The translations under genes and the position numbers were made by a program. DNA of 64,000 bases, taken from NCBI GenBank assembly GCA_046758965.1, contig JBHIBG010000002.1, positions 64,001-128,000 of the forward strand, in the 5' to 3' direction. The notes under the pieces were generated by a model. That model did no database searches, had not been told where the DNA came from, and saw nothing but the letters and a program-made list of their open reading frames with translations. Below, piece by piece: positions 43,338-52,908 of this stretch (the first letter of the stretch is position 1; each line of letters begins with the position of its first letter). This DNA is from Candidatus Methylomirabilia bacterium (GTDB lineage: Bacteria > Methylomirabilota > Methylomirabilia > Rokubacteriales > CSP1-6).

Positions 43338-44056
43338 TTGCGACTGCCCGTATTGTTTCCAAGCCGTGAACCTCGGGGGAACGGATGATCACCTCGAGCC
43401 CGAAGACGCTCTTGACGGCGAGAGCAAGGGAGATCGAGTTGGGCCGATCTCCCGCGATGTCGTCGATGCGTTTGCAGAGAGCACGGACGGCCACGGCGGT
43501 CGGATCTCCGACCTGTTACAGTGGGAGTGGGATATTTCCAGCCAGCGGCTGGTGGAGGAGGTCGAACTTCCACTACGGGAGATGGTCGTCTCGATCCTCG
43601 TGAGCGATCCGGATCCGAAAGAGGCCTTTATCAGGACTGACTCCAGTGGCTTGTTTCACTCCAAGGACGACCTTCCCGCCGTAGACACTTTTCAGGTGGC
43701 CAGCCTGAGCGCGCTCGGAAGGGGTTACAAGGACCACCCCGGGGTGGCGCTTCAGGAAAGCTCGTATTCGCACGCCACCGTCCTGTATACTCCTAACCGG
43801 CTGGCGTGTCCTCGGTTGACTTCGGAGCCGTCATCGCATCAGGCCGGGTTTTCACTGGTTCTTCCACGTTCTGGGGCGTGCCTGACAGGCGGAAGGAAGC
43901 GAAGGAGGCGCTCGTGGAACGAGGCATCTCAGGTGGGGTTCGGACGATCGCTCCCGCGGTCGGGGAGACAATCAGGGGCCTCAAGCAGATGAACATGGCA
44001 GATCGTTCGGCTCGGGCGCGAGCGTTCGGACGGTCGATCTCCCCCCTCCGGACTCC

Positions 44057-44347
44057 ATGACCCGGCGCGCGGATTACAGGTTCGAGCGGCGGCGGAAAGA
44101 AGAAGCTCGCCGCGCGAAGCAGGAGGCTAAGCGCCGGCGGAAGATCGAGCGGGCCCAGAAAGGTATCGTCGGGCCCGAAATGGATGAGCCACAAGAGACC
44201 GGCGCTCAGCCGGGAGCCTGGGAGTGGTTCTCCCCGAGCAGGAGTCGCACCCTGAGGTCCGAGGCGGGAACGCACCCCACGACAGATCCACCCGACGATT
44301 GGATCCTCCTGACAGACGGCGCGGAGGACCCTGGCCCCGCCTCGTGA
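44057..44347 (+). CDS. Hypothetical small basic protein
   Basis: 96 aa ORF with a charged helix and a WEWFSP motif; plausible codon usage. Confidence 0.5.
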   Translation: MTRRADYRFERRRKEEARRAKQEAKRRRKIERAQKGIVGPEMDEPQETGAQPGAWEWFSPSRSRTLRSEAGTHPTTDPPDDWILLTDGAEDPGPAS

Positions 44348-44384
44348 CCGCCGCAGAGGTCCCCGGAGAAACGCCACGAAAGCA

Positions 44385-44768
44385 ATGGAACGGGTGCCCC
44401 TGACCTTGCCCATTTTTGTGGTCGCGCTGGGCGTGGCGCAGGCTCAGGTCCAGCAGGAATCCGTAAGCCCTGCGATCAAGACGGGCTCCGCGGTCACGCG
44501 CGAATATCCCCAGGTCACCGTGAAGCCCGGGGACGCCTATGTGCTCGTGGACCCCCCAGCAGTGGCGGAACTGCCAAAGGAGGTGCTCCCGCCGGCCGCC
44601 TCCAGCTCTATGCATCGCATTCGGGGGGCGCCGAGGCCACCCGTCGGCGCTCGTGGCGCGTGTGGGACCTCTGTGCGACCGGGAGCCCGAGCGACGGGAC
44701 TTCTCAGGTCGGCACTGCCCAAAGACCCGGATAGTTCACGGACAGGCTTCGGAAAAGAGACACGATGA
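44385..44768 (+). CDS. Hypothetical exported protein, possibly degenerate
   Basis: Signal-peptide-like start (AQA); the 3' half looks non-coding. Confidence 0.3.
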   Translation: MERVPLTLPIFVVALGVAQAQVQQESVSPAIKTGSAVTREYPQVTVKPGDAYVLVDPPAVAELPKEVLPPAASSSMHRIRGAPRPPVGARGACGTSVRPGARATGLLRSALPKDPDSSRTGFGKETR

Positions 44769-44962
44769 TGGGCAAACCGGGGGGGTCGAACCGGATCAAC
44801 AGCGTCTTGAAGACGGACGTTTAACGCGGTAGTATTGTGCGTGTTTCGTCCGCGAACTCCCGCCGACAACCCCCAACGTAGCCCAAAACGGGGCGGAGCA
44901 GACGCACGGATTCTTATGGGGCTAGCTGGCGGGCGTTGGCGCCAGTCGCGGCCAGAAATACC

Positions 44963-45008
44963 CTCGTAACTCAAAGGTCGTCGGTTCAAATCCGACCCCC
45001 GCTACCAA
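44963..45008 (+). repeat. att-like direct repeat of the tRNA-Met 3' half
   Basis: CTCGTAACTCAAAGGTCGTCGGTTCAAATCCGACCCCCGCTACCAA vs 43251-43296, 44/46 identical. Confidence 0.9.
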
Positions 45009-45487
45009 GGAAAACGAGGGGTTAGGGTGGGCGGTCCTAGCCCCTTAGTCGTTTCGGACAATAGCCATTCAAACTGCTCGGCGGGCATCCGCCGGACAGC
45101 AGCCTCACTGACTGCCTGAGGAGCCTTGCGGCCTCCGGCTGTAACGAGCGGGTGGACAGTGACCGTTCGAGGCTGGAGATCGTTTTAGCGGCAATACTGG
45201 TCACTCCCGTCGCGGGAGCATGCGCACCCCCAGAGGACCCGCACGAGGTCGGTGGTGAGCTTGCTGCAGTTCCTGAGGATCGGCTGGTGTCGTCGCCGAT
45301 GATGACGCCGACCGGTCGGGAGGTTCTCGCTGATGAGCGCAGCTACTACGGGCTCGCTCGCCTCAAGGCTGAGCTGTTCCACCGCGAGGCGATGCTGCCC
45401 GCCACCCAATCGTCGAGCCATGGCGATCTCTGACCCGATACCACGCTGCGCGATCGTTCCCTGCAGGAAGAATACACAGGAGCAACC

Positions 45488-46405
45488 ATGGGGCTGACTG
45501 TGACTACGCTGAGATTGATCATCCGAAGCGTAGCAGAGTTGGAGCGACGAGAAAGCGTACTGACCTATGGTATACAAGACGTCTACGCCACATACGACGA
45601 ATTGAAGCGCGCCTTCCATGGAATGCGCCAGCCATACGAGGAAGTCGGCAAGTCAGATCGAAAGCTCTCGTCGAGCCGACTCTTCCAGGAACGTCCTTTC
45701 GCCAGAAATCGCGGCAACGTGGACGCCTCAGTGCTCTTCCGCATGCTCGGTTTTGCCCGCTATGCCTCGCTAGATCTTCTCGATCTGGATGGCCCACCGA
45801 CCATCCGACATGACCTCAACAACCCGATCCCCCGAGATTGGGAAGCGACCCAGGATCTGGTGGTTGACGCGGGAACGATTGAGCATATCTTCGACATCAA
45901 GACAGCCCTCTGCAACACGGCCAGGCTGGTACGTGAGCGCGGCATGGTCATCCACGCCAGTCCGGTCCTCTGGTATGACCACGGTTTCTATGGCATCAAC
46001 CCCACCCTGTTGGTAGATTTCTATAGCGCGAATGGATTTCGGATCCTCGATACGACCTGCTTCCTCTTCGATGACTATGGAAGTGTTTACAAGAAGCAGT
46101 GGTGCTTCTCATATGATGGTCTTGCGTCTCCACCGCCGTGGTATCTTGGCAGTTATCAGTTGGGGGTTTTCTTCCGCGCTCAGCGTGTCTCGGCCTTAAA
46201 TGACAGATTCGTTGTTCCAATGCAACGCTACTACGCTACGTTGCAAGAGGACACCGCTGCCGAAGGCCGACACCCTCGAACCATGAGCGACTCAAAGGGA
46301 CCGGCCTTCGCTTTGCTTCCCACCACAGTTCATCTCCGCCTCAGCAAGCTGAACAACGATCTACGCAGATGGCGATGGTTCCGCCGTATTCGGTATCGGT
46401 TCTAA
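45488..46405 (+). CDS. Putative SAM-dependent methyltransferase-like protein
   Basis: HDLNNPIP, DLVVDAGTIEHIFD, DHGFY..NPT...DFY..NGF; lower GC than flanks. Confidence 0.7.
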   Translation: MGLTVTTLRLIIRSVAELERRESVLTYGIQDVYATYDELKRAFHGMRQPYEEVGKSDRKLSSSRLFQERPFARNRGNVDASVLFRMLGFARYASLDLLDLDGPPTIRHDLNNPIPRDWEATQDLVVDAGTIEHIFDIKTALCNTARLVRERGMVIHASPVLWYDHGFYGINPTLLVDFYSANGFRILDTTCFLFDDYGSVYKKQWCFSYDGLASPPPWYLGSYQLGVFFRAQRVSALNDRFVVPMQRYYATLQEDTAAEGRHPRTMSDSKGPAFALLPTTVHLRLSKLNNDLRRWRWFRRIRYRF

Positions 46406-46540
46406 CTTCCGTGCCGATGTCATCTTCCCCAGCCCGCAGGTCTACGACTCCCCCGAAGAGCGCGACCTCCTCCGCGCCATCCAAGGATGTCCTCGAGAGG
46501 GAGACCCGGCCCCCACTGAAGCGCCCGAAAGGCTTCACCC

Positions 46541-47551
46541 ATGCTGACTGTTCCTGAGAAAGCTCCACTGCTCGATCAATTCCAGAGAGTTCTCGTTACG
46601 GGTGGGTCGGGTTTCATCGGCAGACATCTTGCCACAGCTCTCGTATCCCTCGGGAAACAGGTCGTTGCATTGGACAATCTACCTGCTGGGCTCAATCGTA
46701 CACTCCCGAGGGGCGCGACGTTCCTCGAAGCGGATCTCAGGGATTATCCGCAGGCCCTCAGGGCGGCCACTGACATCGACTTGCTTTTCCACGTCGCCGG
46801 CAATGCGAGCGCCACCATCTCCGTTGAAGATTCCCGGTTTGATTTCGAAACAAACACACTTGCAACCTTCAACGCTTTGGAGGCGGCGACTGCCTGCGGT
46901 GTGAAACGCTTTCTCTATGTTTCCTCCGCATCGGTTTACGGCACGCCTCAGCGATTTCCGGTTGACGAGGAGCACCCCGTCAAGCCCTTTGTGCCATACG
47001 GGGCGTCTAAGCTGGCCGGGGAACTTTCCTCGCTCTCGTTCTTCCACGCATACGGTTTGGCGGTCGTCATCGCAAGGCCGTTCTGCGTCTATGGGCCAGG
47101 TGAAAATCCCCAGTACGCAATGGTAGAAGTCTCTCGGTACCTCCGCTGGCATCTCAACCACAGGCCCATTCAAATCGTCGGTCATATGGACCACAAAACC
47201 AGAGATTTCGTCCACATCAATGATGCGATACAGGCTCTGCTTTTGATGGCGGATCGAGGAGGCGCAGGTAGCGTCTTCAACCTGGGGTCCGGGACAGAGG
47301 TGTCTATGCGCCGGCTGACAGAAATCATCGGTTCTGCCACGGGCCGTCAGGCAGAGGTTGAGGAGATCTCTGAGGTAACCGATGACACCTATCGTCTCGT
47401 CGCCGACATTTCCGAACTGACGGCACTCGGGTATGTGCCCGAGGTCCCGTTGGCCGAGGGCGTAGAGCGTTTGGCTGACGAGCTGGGCGAAAACCCGGAC
47501 CTCCCAAGCACGTCAACGATTTTCAAGAGAGGGCAAAAAGCTGAAAGATAA
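46541..47551 (+). CDS. NAD-dependent epimerase/dehydratase
   Basis: VTGGSGFIG, SSASVYG, YGASK, RDFVHI. Confidence 0.9.
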   Translation: MLTVPEKAPLLDQFQRVLVTGGSGFIGRHLATALVSLGKQVVALDNLPAGLNRTLPRGATFLEADLRDYPQALRAATDIDLLFHVAGNASATISVEDSRFDFETNTLATFNALEAATACGVKRFLYVSSASVYGTPQRFPVDEEHPVKPFVPYGASKLAGELSSLSFFHAYGLAVVIARPFCVYGPGENPQYAMVEVSRYLRWHLNHRPIQIVGHMDHKTRDFVHINDAIQALLLMADRGGAGSVFNLGSGTEVSMRRLTEIIGSATGRQAEVEEISEVTDDTYRLVADISELTALGYVPEVPLAEGVERLADELGENPDLPSTSTIFKRGQKAER

Positions 47552-47755
47552 CGAGTGGCGAGAAATGAATCTCCTGCTGCTCATATGAAGGCTTCAAGGA
47601 TCACCGGCCGACCCTGTTGGGCTGGAGCAATTTCGGAACGGCTGCGTTCGCGGGAGCCCGCGAGGCTGCCGGGCGGGGCTTCCCAGCCAAGCTATTCTCA
47701 TGAATCGACCGTTACGTAGCTGGGTCTGCCTATTATCATCTCCCACGGGGGCCTA

Positions 47756-49669
47756 ATGGGCCTGATAGACGTTCTTATCGTCCTCGCCTTTATCATTTAC
47801 GCGATCAGTTCGGGTTTCAGGAACAAGGGTCAGGCCTCCAAGAACCTACACGAATATTTTCTCGCCGGTCGCAGTCTTCCAGGATGGAAGGCAGGACTAA
47901 GCATGGCTGCCACCCAGTTTGCCGCGGACACTCCCCTGTTGGTGACGGGGCTCATTGCGACGGCTGGGATTTTCGCTCTCTGGCAACTTTGGATATTCGC
48001 CTTAGCGTTCCTGCTAATGGGATTTGTCTTAGCCTCGAGTTGGCGGCGGGCCGGAGTGCTGACTGATGCGGAACTGACCGAAGTGCGCTATGGGAGAGCT
48101 TCCGCGGCCGTGCTTCGGGGAGTAAAGGCCATTTACTTCGGGACTATTTTCAACTGTACCGTTCTTGCCTGGGTCTTATTCGCCGCGGCGAAGATCGCCG
48201 AGCCCTTTCTGCTCTGGGATCTGTGGCTGCCGCCGAGCGTCTTCCAGCCTGTCCTCCATTTTGTGCAATGGGTGGGAGTTCCCCTGACTGTTGGGGCACC
48301 GGATGATCCAGGAGTGTGGATCAACACAGCGAATAATTTCATCTCGATTATCATGATCGTCACGGTGACAACCTTTTACTCCGCCACGGGGGGATTGAGA
48401 AGCGTTGTCGCCACCGATGTCGTCCAGATTACCATCATGCTGCTTGGGACACTGGCCTTTACGATTATCGTTGTCAACGAGGTCGGCGGCCTGACGGCGA
48501 TAAGGGATCAGATCTACGAGAAATTCGCCTCAGGAGGCCCGGGTGGGATCCTGCCCGATCAAATCTTAGCCTTCACCCCGGACCGCGCCAAACATCTCTC
48601 GCTCGCCCTGCTCTTCCTCTTCGCCCTGCAGTGGATCATCAACCTCAACTCGGATGGCACAGGGTATCTCGCTCAGCGGTCAATGGCCTGCCGCAGCGAG
48701 AAGGACGCCAAGATTGCGGCTATTGTTTTCACCTTTGCGCAGGTGTTATTCAGGAGCCTCTTGTGGCTACCTCTGGGCTTAGGGCTCCTGATCCTCTTCC
48801 CTCCAGATCCCCATCTCGCGCAGGAGTTCATGCAGGCCGATCGAGAGGCGACCTATGTGAGGGGGATGGCGGAGCTGTTGCCCCCGGGGGTGATGGGCTT
48901 GATGTTGACGGCGATGTTGGCGGCGCTCGCCTCCACCGTCGACACTCATCTCAACTGGGGCTCCTCGTATTGGACCAACGATATTTATAAGAGGTTTATT
49001 TGCCAGGCGTGGTTGAAGACAGAACCGAGCGACCGCTCCGTAGTGTGGGTCGCCCGTGGCGCCAATATGCTGATTCTCATCATCGCTCTGGTTATTATGA
49101 CTCAACTGACCTCCATCAACGAGGCCTGGCAGATGAGCCTTCTCTTGGGCGCCGGAATGGGAGTCGGTCTCATTCTGCGCTGGCTCTGGTGGCGGATGAA
49201 TGCCTGGGCGGAGATTACCGCGATCTTGGTGTCCCTGATAATTGCACCGATTCTGATAGTCTATGTGGACGATCAGCATCAGGCTTTGAGGTTATTGATC
49301 ATGGCTGTGGTGTCGACCATAGCAGCTCTGGTCGCCATTCGAGCGGCTGGCCCGGAAGATCGTGATCGGCTGATTGCATTTTACAGAAAAGTAAATCCGG
49401 TCGGCTTCTGGGGGCCCATTGCGAAAGCGGCCGGGGTTCGGGACGATGAGGGGCCTCGTCGGCTGTGGCGCTCCGTAGGAGCTATGATGACCTGTGGGCT
49501 TTCCGTGTTTTGTCTGCTTGTAGGAATCGGCACATGGCTGACAGGGAGTCCAGCTCCTTCTTGGTTTCCGTGGCAAACTCTGTGGATTATCGTTCTCATC
49601 CTCTCGGGATTGGCCTTCTGCCCGCTATGGTACTGGTTGGGATTTAAGGAAAGGAAGGTCACCTTCTAG
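47756..49669 (+). CDS. Sodium:solute symporter family protein
   Basis: YFLAGRSLP, ATQFAADTPL, GGLRSVVATD, many TM helices. Confidence 0.9.
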   Translation: MGLIDVLIVLAFIIYAISSGFRNKGQASKNLHEYFLAGRSLPGWKAGLSMAATQFAADTPLLVTGLIATAGIFALWQLWIFALAFLLMGFVLASSWRRAGVLTDAELTEVRYGRASAAVLRGVKAIYFGTIFNCTVLAWVLFAAAKIAEPFLLWDLWLPPSVFQPVLHFVQWVGVPLTVGAPDDPGVWINTANNFISIIMIVTVTTFYSATGGLRSVVATDVVQITIMLLGTLAFTIIVVNEVGGLTAIRDQIYEKFASGGPGGILPDQILAFTPDRAKHLSLALLFLFALQWIINLNSDGTGYLAQRSMACRSEKDAKIAAIVFTFAQVLFRSLLWLPLGLGLLILFPPDPHLAQEFMQADREATYVRGMAELLPPGVMGLMLTAMLAALASTVDTHLNWGSSYWTNDIYKRFICQAWLKTEPSDRSVVWVARGANMLILIIALVIMTQLTSINEAWQMSLLLGAGMGVGLILRWLWWRMNAWAEITAILVSLIIAPILIVYVDDQHQALRLLIMAVVSTIAALVAIRAAGPEDRDRLIAFYRKVNPVGFWGPIAKAAGVRDDEGPRRLWRSVGAMMTCGLSVFCLLVGIGTWLTGSPAPSWFPWQTLWIIVLILSGLAFCPLWYWLGFKERKVTF

Positions 49670-49961
49670 CTGAGCCCTGCCGGCTCTGCCGCAGGGGGGT
49701 GCAGACCGCGACTGCTCCCGTATCCGTACAAGCTGCATACCCTCCTGCATCACCGAGCCTTCGCTTATGACACGACATCGCGACGTCCAGCCCCGAGGAG
49801 GTCCGTGTGCTCATGTGCGAGCGATCCCGGGAGCGCGAAGCCGCAGGGGCGGTGGTGGACTGGTGATGCGCCTGCCTGCTCCGGCAAGGTGACAGGAGGC
49901 CGGGGTTACAACACACCGGGCGATGGCGTGAACGATGCGCTCTCGAGGGCCTGAGCACCCA

Positions 49962-50001
49962 CTGACAACATTGCACGGCCGCTCGGACAAAGTGACTTGA
50001 A
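49962..50001 (+). promoter_or_regulatory. Conserved upstream element, copy 2 (40 bp, 2-nt longer spacer)
   Basis: CTGACAACATTGCACGGCCGCTCGGACAAAGTGACTTGAA; 116 nt upstream of the -24 GG. Confidence 0.6.
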
Positions 50002-50115
50002 GCCGCAAAGGCGAGGGGTAGAACCCTTTTCTGCGGCGGAGGGACAAAGGCAAAAAAGCTCAAGCCTCTCAAGGTGATACAAGACGATGAATCAAAAGCC
50101 GCGGCCAGCATAGGA

Positions 50116-50132
50116 TGGGCAGGATTCTTGCC
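50116..50132 (+). promoter_or_regulatory. Sigma-54-type promoter
   Basis: TGGGCAGGATTCTTGCC (GG-N10-GC). Confidence 0.7.
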
Positions 50133-50202
50133 CTTCTCATTTCCGGACCATTTTCCCAGCTCCGCTGCCGGGGTCAGGGAATCTGTAAAGGACGGCGAAA
50201 GA

Positions 50203-50592
50203 GTGGCTTCCTTGCCAGAAGCCGTGAGGGCCAGACTCGCTCACGCACGGGCGATCCTGGAGAGATTGGGCCGGCGGGTGGACTCCGGACCTACCGCGAT
50301 GGAATGGCAAAAGGGGTATGTGAAGGCCCTGGAGGAGATGGGTGATCTGGAAGACGCCCTCTCCGGAATCCTGTTCATCGTGGCGAGACACAGGGTCGCC
50401 CTCTACGAATATCTGTCCGATCAGGTAGCCAGGCAGACCGGTCTGCCGGTCATCCTGGACCGGCGCCGTGGGGAGCGGCGGCAGCGCATCCGGATGCGTG
50501 TGCCGGAGCGGCGCCGGGCCGACCGCCGACGCCAGCCAGTCAGCGAGGATGACCTCCGCTCCCACGGATTTGTCGTCATCCGCCAGCAGTAG
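50203..50592 (+). CDS. Hypothetical two-module protein (WQKGYV module + Arg-rich ERR module)
   Basis: N half homologous to the N-terminus of the PilZ protein; C half homologous to 56672..56905. Confidence 0.75.
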   Translation: MASLPEAVRARLAHARAILERLGRRVDSGPTAMEWQKGYVKALEEMGDLEDALSGILFIVARHRVALYEYLSDQVARQTGLPVILDRRRGERRQRIRMRVPERRRADRRRQPVSEDDLRSHGFVVIRQQ

Positions 50593-50669
50593 GCAACGGG
50601 CGGCTTATCCGTTCCCACGAGACATTTTTCACCTCCCGAAGATCACTTGATGATCTGAGTTGGCCGATC

Positions 50670-51197
50670 TCAGCGAGTCCTCTTCTGCCCAACCCCGCGT
50701 CGGGGAACCCCCTTGAGCCGCTTGCGCCGTCTCCAGTCAGCCACGAGTTCGCGGGCTGTCCGGGCGATGCGGCCCAACGGCACCACCGTGCCCTGGAGCT
50801 GGCCGCTCGTGAGTTCCCACGCCTTGTCATCTTCACGGACGCTCACTTGGCCGCTCCGAGAGACCGCAATCCGGAAGCGGGAACCGAGGAGTGCCTGGTA
50901 AAGCGGTTTGCTGCCGAACTTCGCCTCGAGGGCCACCACAGCCTCTCTGAGCCCCTGCAAGCTCAACCCGCGGGCCAGAAGCTGCTGGATGAGTACGGCC
51001 ACCAAGAGATCATCCTGGCTGTAGCGGCGAACCTTCGAACCAGGTCTCCGTCCTGTGACTCCGCGCCTCGGACGCTTCACCTCCGGCCCGGCAATCGAAG
51101 GCTCCAGGAGGCGCTTGACGTGCCAATCGGCGAACCGCCGAACGCTGATGCCCGTAATCGCCGTCGCATCGCCAACCCTAAAGGTTTCGCTCTTCAT
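50670..51197 (-). CDS. MerR-family HTH transcriptional regulator
   Basis: F.V.DA..ITGIS.RR...W....LL.P...RRYSQDDL......QLLARGLSLQ. Confidence 0.72.
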   Translation of the reverse strand: MKSETFRVGDATAITGISVRRFADWHVKRLLEPSIAGPEVKRPRRGVTGRRPGSKVRRYSQDDLLVAVLIQQLLARGLSLQGLREAVVALEAKFGSKPLYQALLGSRFRIAVSRSGQVSVREDDKAWELTSGQLQGTVVPLGRIARTARELVADWRRRKRLKGVPRRGVGQKRTR

Positions 51198-51219
51198 GGT
51201 CCCCCCCCCCGGGCCTGGC

Positions 51220-51303
51220 GCATCGTTGAGCGAGGGGGGCTGCACAGTCTGGGCAGAACTTCGCCTGTGGCGGGTTCTCCTGCTGGCAGCGGGGACAGTT
51301 CAT
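51220..51303 (-). pseudogene. N-terminal zinc-ribbon remnant of a cyclase/AAA/TPR gene (or frameshifted N-terminus of the MerR gene)
   Basis: MNCPRCQQENPPQAKFCPDCAAPLAQRC; upstream leader resembles that of 20956. Confidence 0.7.
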
Positions 51304-51430
51304 GCCGGGGTCTCCCCTCGCCGGGCCGCTAAACGGGCAAAACGCTGCCGCTAGGCTAGCCCTGAGACCCGCCAAGGGTCAAGCCGATGGGCTTCACTGC
51401 CTTGACAGCCGGCAGGCAGGGGGATAAGGT

Positions 51431-51514
51431 CTCATCAACCTCAAGATGGCGAAGCGGCTCGGCCGGGACGTGCCGCGGCCGATACTGTTTCGGGCCGATC
51501 GCGTCATGGAGTAG
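51431..51514 (+). pseudogene. C-terminal remnant of an ABC transporter substrate-binding protein gene
   Basis: Translates LINLKMAKRLGRDVPRPILFRADRVME*, matching the family tail INLKTAKALGL.IP...L.RAD.VIE. Confidence 0.65.
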
Positions 51515-51539
51515 GAGCGGCTGCAGGAGGAGTAGAGTC

Positions 51540-51947
51540 ATGAAGGTCACTGCCGGGTGGCTTATTCTGTCCCTCATCACGCTCGGAGGATTCAGCGCTG
51601 GCCTGGCGGCGGAGTTCAAGGACAAGGTCAAGGTGGAGATCGAAAGCGTGGGCCTTCATCCCGGGATGCCCCCGGGGATGTACGTCTGCGCCGCGGGCCA
51701 CCTTCACATCAAAGGGACCGTGCAGAACCTTGCCGGCGTCGCTCTGGGCCGGATCAAGGTGGCAGGGAAGGCGTTCGGCCCTGACGACAAGCTTCTCGGG
51801 ACCGCGACCTCTTCGACCAGGCAGGCGACCGTGAACCCCGGCGAGAAGGCAGAGATCAACCTCGAGTTCCTCACCGTCACCGGGCCGTTGATCCGGCGGG
51901 TCAAGAGACACGAGGTCACCGTCGTCGAAGCTCTGCCGAGGCATTGA
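51540..51947 (+). CDS. Secreted FxLYD-like domain protein
   Basis: Signal peptide; IKGTVQN, AFGPDDKLLG, VNPGEKA. Confidence 0.65.
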   Translation: MKVTAGWLILSLITLGGFSAGLAAEFKDKVKVEIESVGLHPGMPPGMYVCAAGHLHIKGTVQNLAGVALGRIKVAGKAFGPDDKLLGTATSSTRQATVNPGEKAEINLEFLTVTGPLIRRVKRHEVTVVEALPRH

Positions 51948-51957
51948 CGATTCGGCT

Positions 51958-52899
51958 TCACATCAGGCGAGGGAGGACCAGGCTGCGCAGTGCGAAGAGC
52001 AGATTGGCCGGCCGCTCGGCGAGGCGCCGCATGTACCAGGGGAACCATGCGCTTCCATAGCTGATGAGCACACGTACCTGATATCCTTCCGCCGCCAGGC
52101 GCTGCTGGTCCTCGCGGCGAATCCCGTACAGCATCTGGAACTCGAACGTCCCCTTGGACAGCCCCGCGGCGGCGGCGTGCTCCCGGATCTTCGCGTGGAG
52201 CCTCGGGTCGTGCGTGGCGATTCCCGGCGCCGGGCCGCTTCGGAGGGCGGCGTCGGAAAGCAGCCGGGTTGCGAGGGTGAGGAAATTCGCATCCACGTCC
52301 CGCTTGTGGGGAAATGCGATGTTCGGCGGCTCCCGGTAGGCGCCCTTCACCAGGCGGACCACCGGTGAGAGCGGCAGGAGGGCTTCCAGGTCGCCCGCCG
52401 TGCGAAACAGGTACGCCTGGAGGCATACGCCGGCGTTGGCGTGCCGCGAGCGGACGTGACGGAAGATCTCCAGGGTGGCGTCCGTGTACTCCGAGCTCTC
52501 CATGTCGATGCAGATGAAGTTGCCGAGCTCGGCGGCGCGCTCCACCAGCGCGGTGAGCTCTGCCTCACACGCGTCCCGACTGATGTCGAGCCCGAGCTGG
52601 GTGAGCTTGACCGAGAGGTGGCTGGGGAGGGAACGGCGCTCGATCTGCTCCAGGGCGGCCAGGTAATGGGCGGTCACCTGCTGAGCCTCCGTCAGCTCGG
52701 TCACGTTCTCGCCGAGATAGGTCAACACCGTGGTGATGCCGGCGTCAGCCAGCGTCCGGGCCGCGGCGAGCGCGGATTCGAGATCCTCGCCGGGCATGAA
52801 CCGCGAGACGGCGCGGCGGGCGAAGCGGCGGCGGGTTACCTGGGTGGCGAGCCAGCGGCTCTGCGATCCCTTCAAGAGGGCGCTGCGGAGAATTCCCAT
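51958..52899 (-). CDS. Proline dehydrogenase (monofunctional)
   Basis: SVKLTQLG, IDMESS, LQAYLFR, RLVKGAY, ATHD, EFQMLYG, YMRRLAERPAN. Confidence 0.93.
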   Translation of the reverse strand: MGILRSALLKGSQSRWLATQVTRRRFARRAVSRFMPGEDLESALAAARTLADAGITTVLTYLGENVTELTEAQQVTAHYLAALEQIERRSLPSHLSVKLTQLGLDISRDACEAELTALVERAAELGNFICIDMESSEYTDATLEIFRHVRSRHANAGVCLQAYLFRTAGDLEALLPLSPVVRLVKGAYREPPNIAFPHKRDVDANFLTLATRLLSDAALRSGPAPGIATHDPRLHAKIREHAAAAGLSKGTFEFQMLYGIRREDQQRLAAEGYQVRVLISYGSAWFPWYMRRLAERPANLLFALRSLVLPRLM

Positions 52900-52908
52900 G
52901 GGCCGGCC

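Larger units (their letters stand above)
43297..45008. mobile_element. Decayed tRNA-integrated islet (no integrase visible)
   Basis: Bounded by the tRNA 3' half and its direct-repeat copy at 44963-45008. Confidence 0.65.

Noticed and set aside
43327..43992. 221-aa ORF inside the tRNA islet (possible integrase or cargo)
   Set aside because: Starts inside the hairpin, has no RBS or recombinase motifs, and I could not decide which strand, if any, is coding.
44963..45008. Second tRNA-Met gene
   Set aside because: Only the 3' half is present, with a mutated anticodon loop; it is an att-like duplication.
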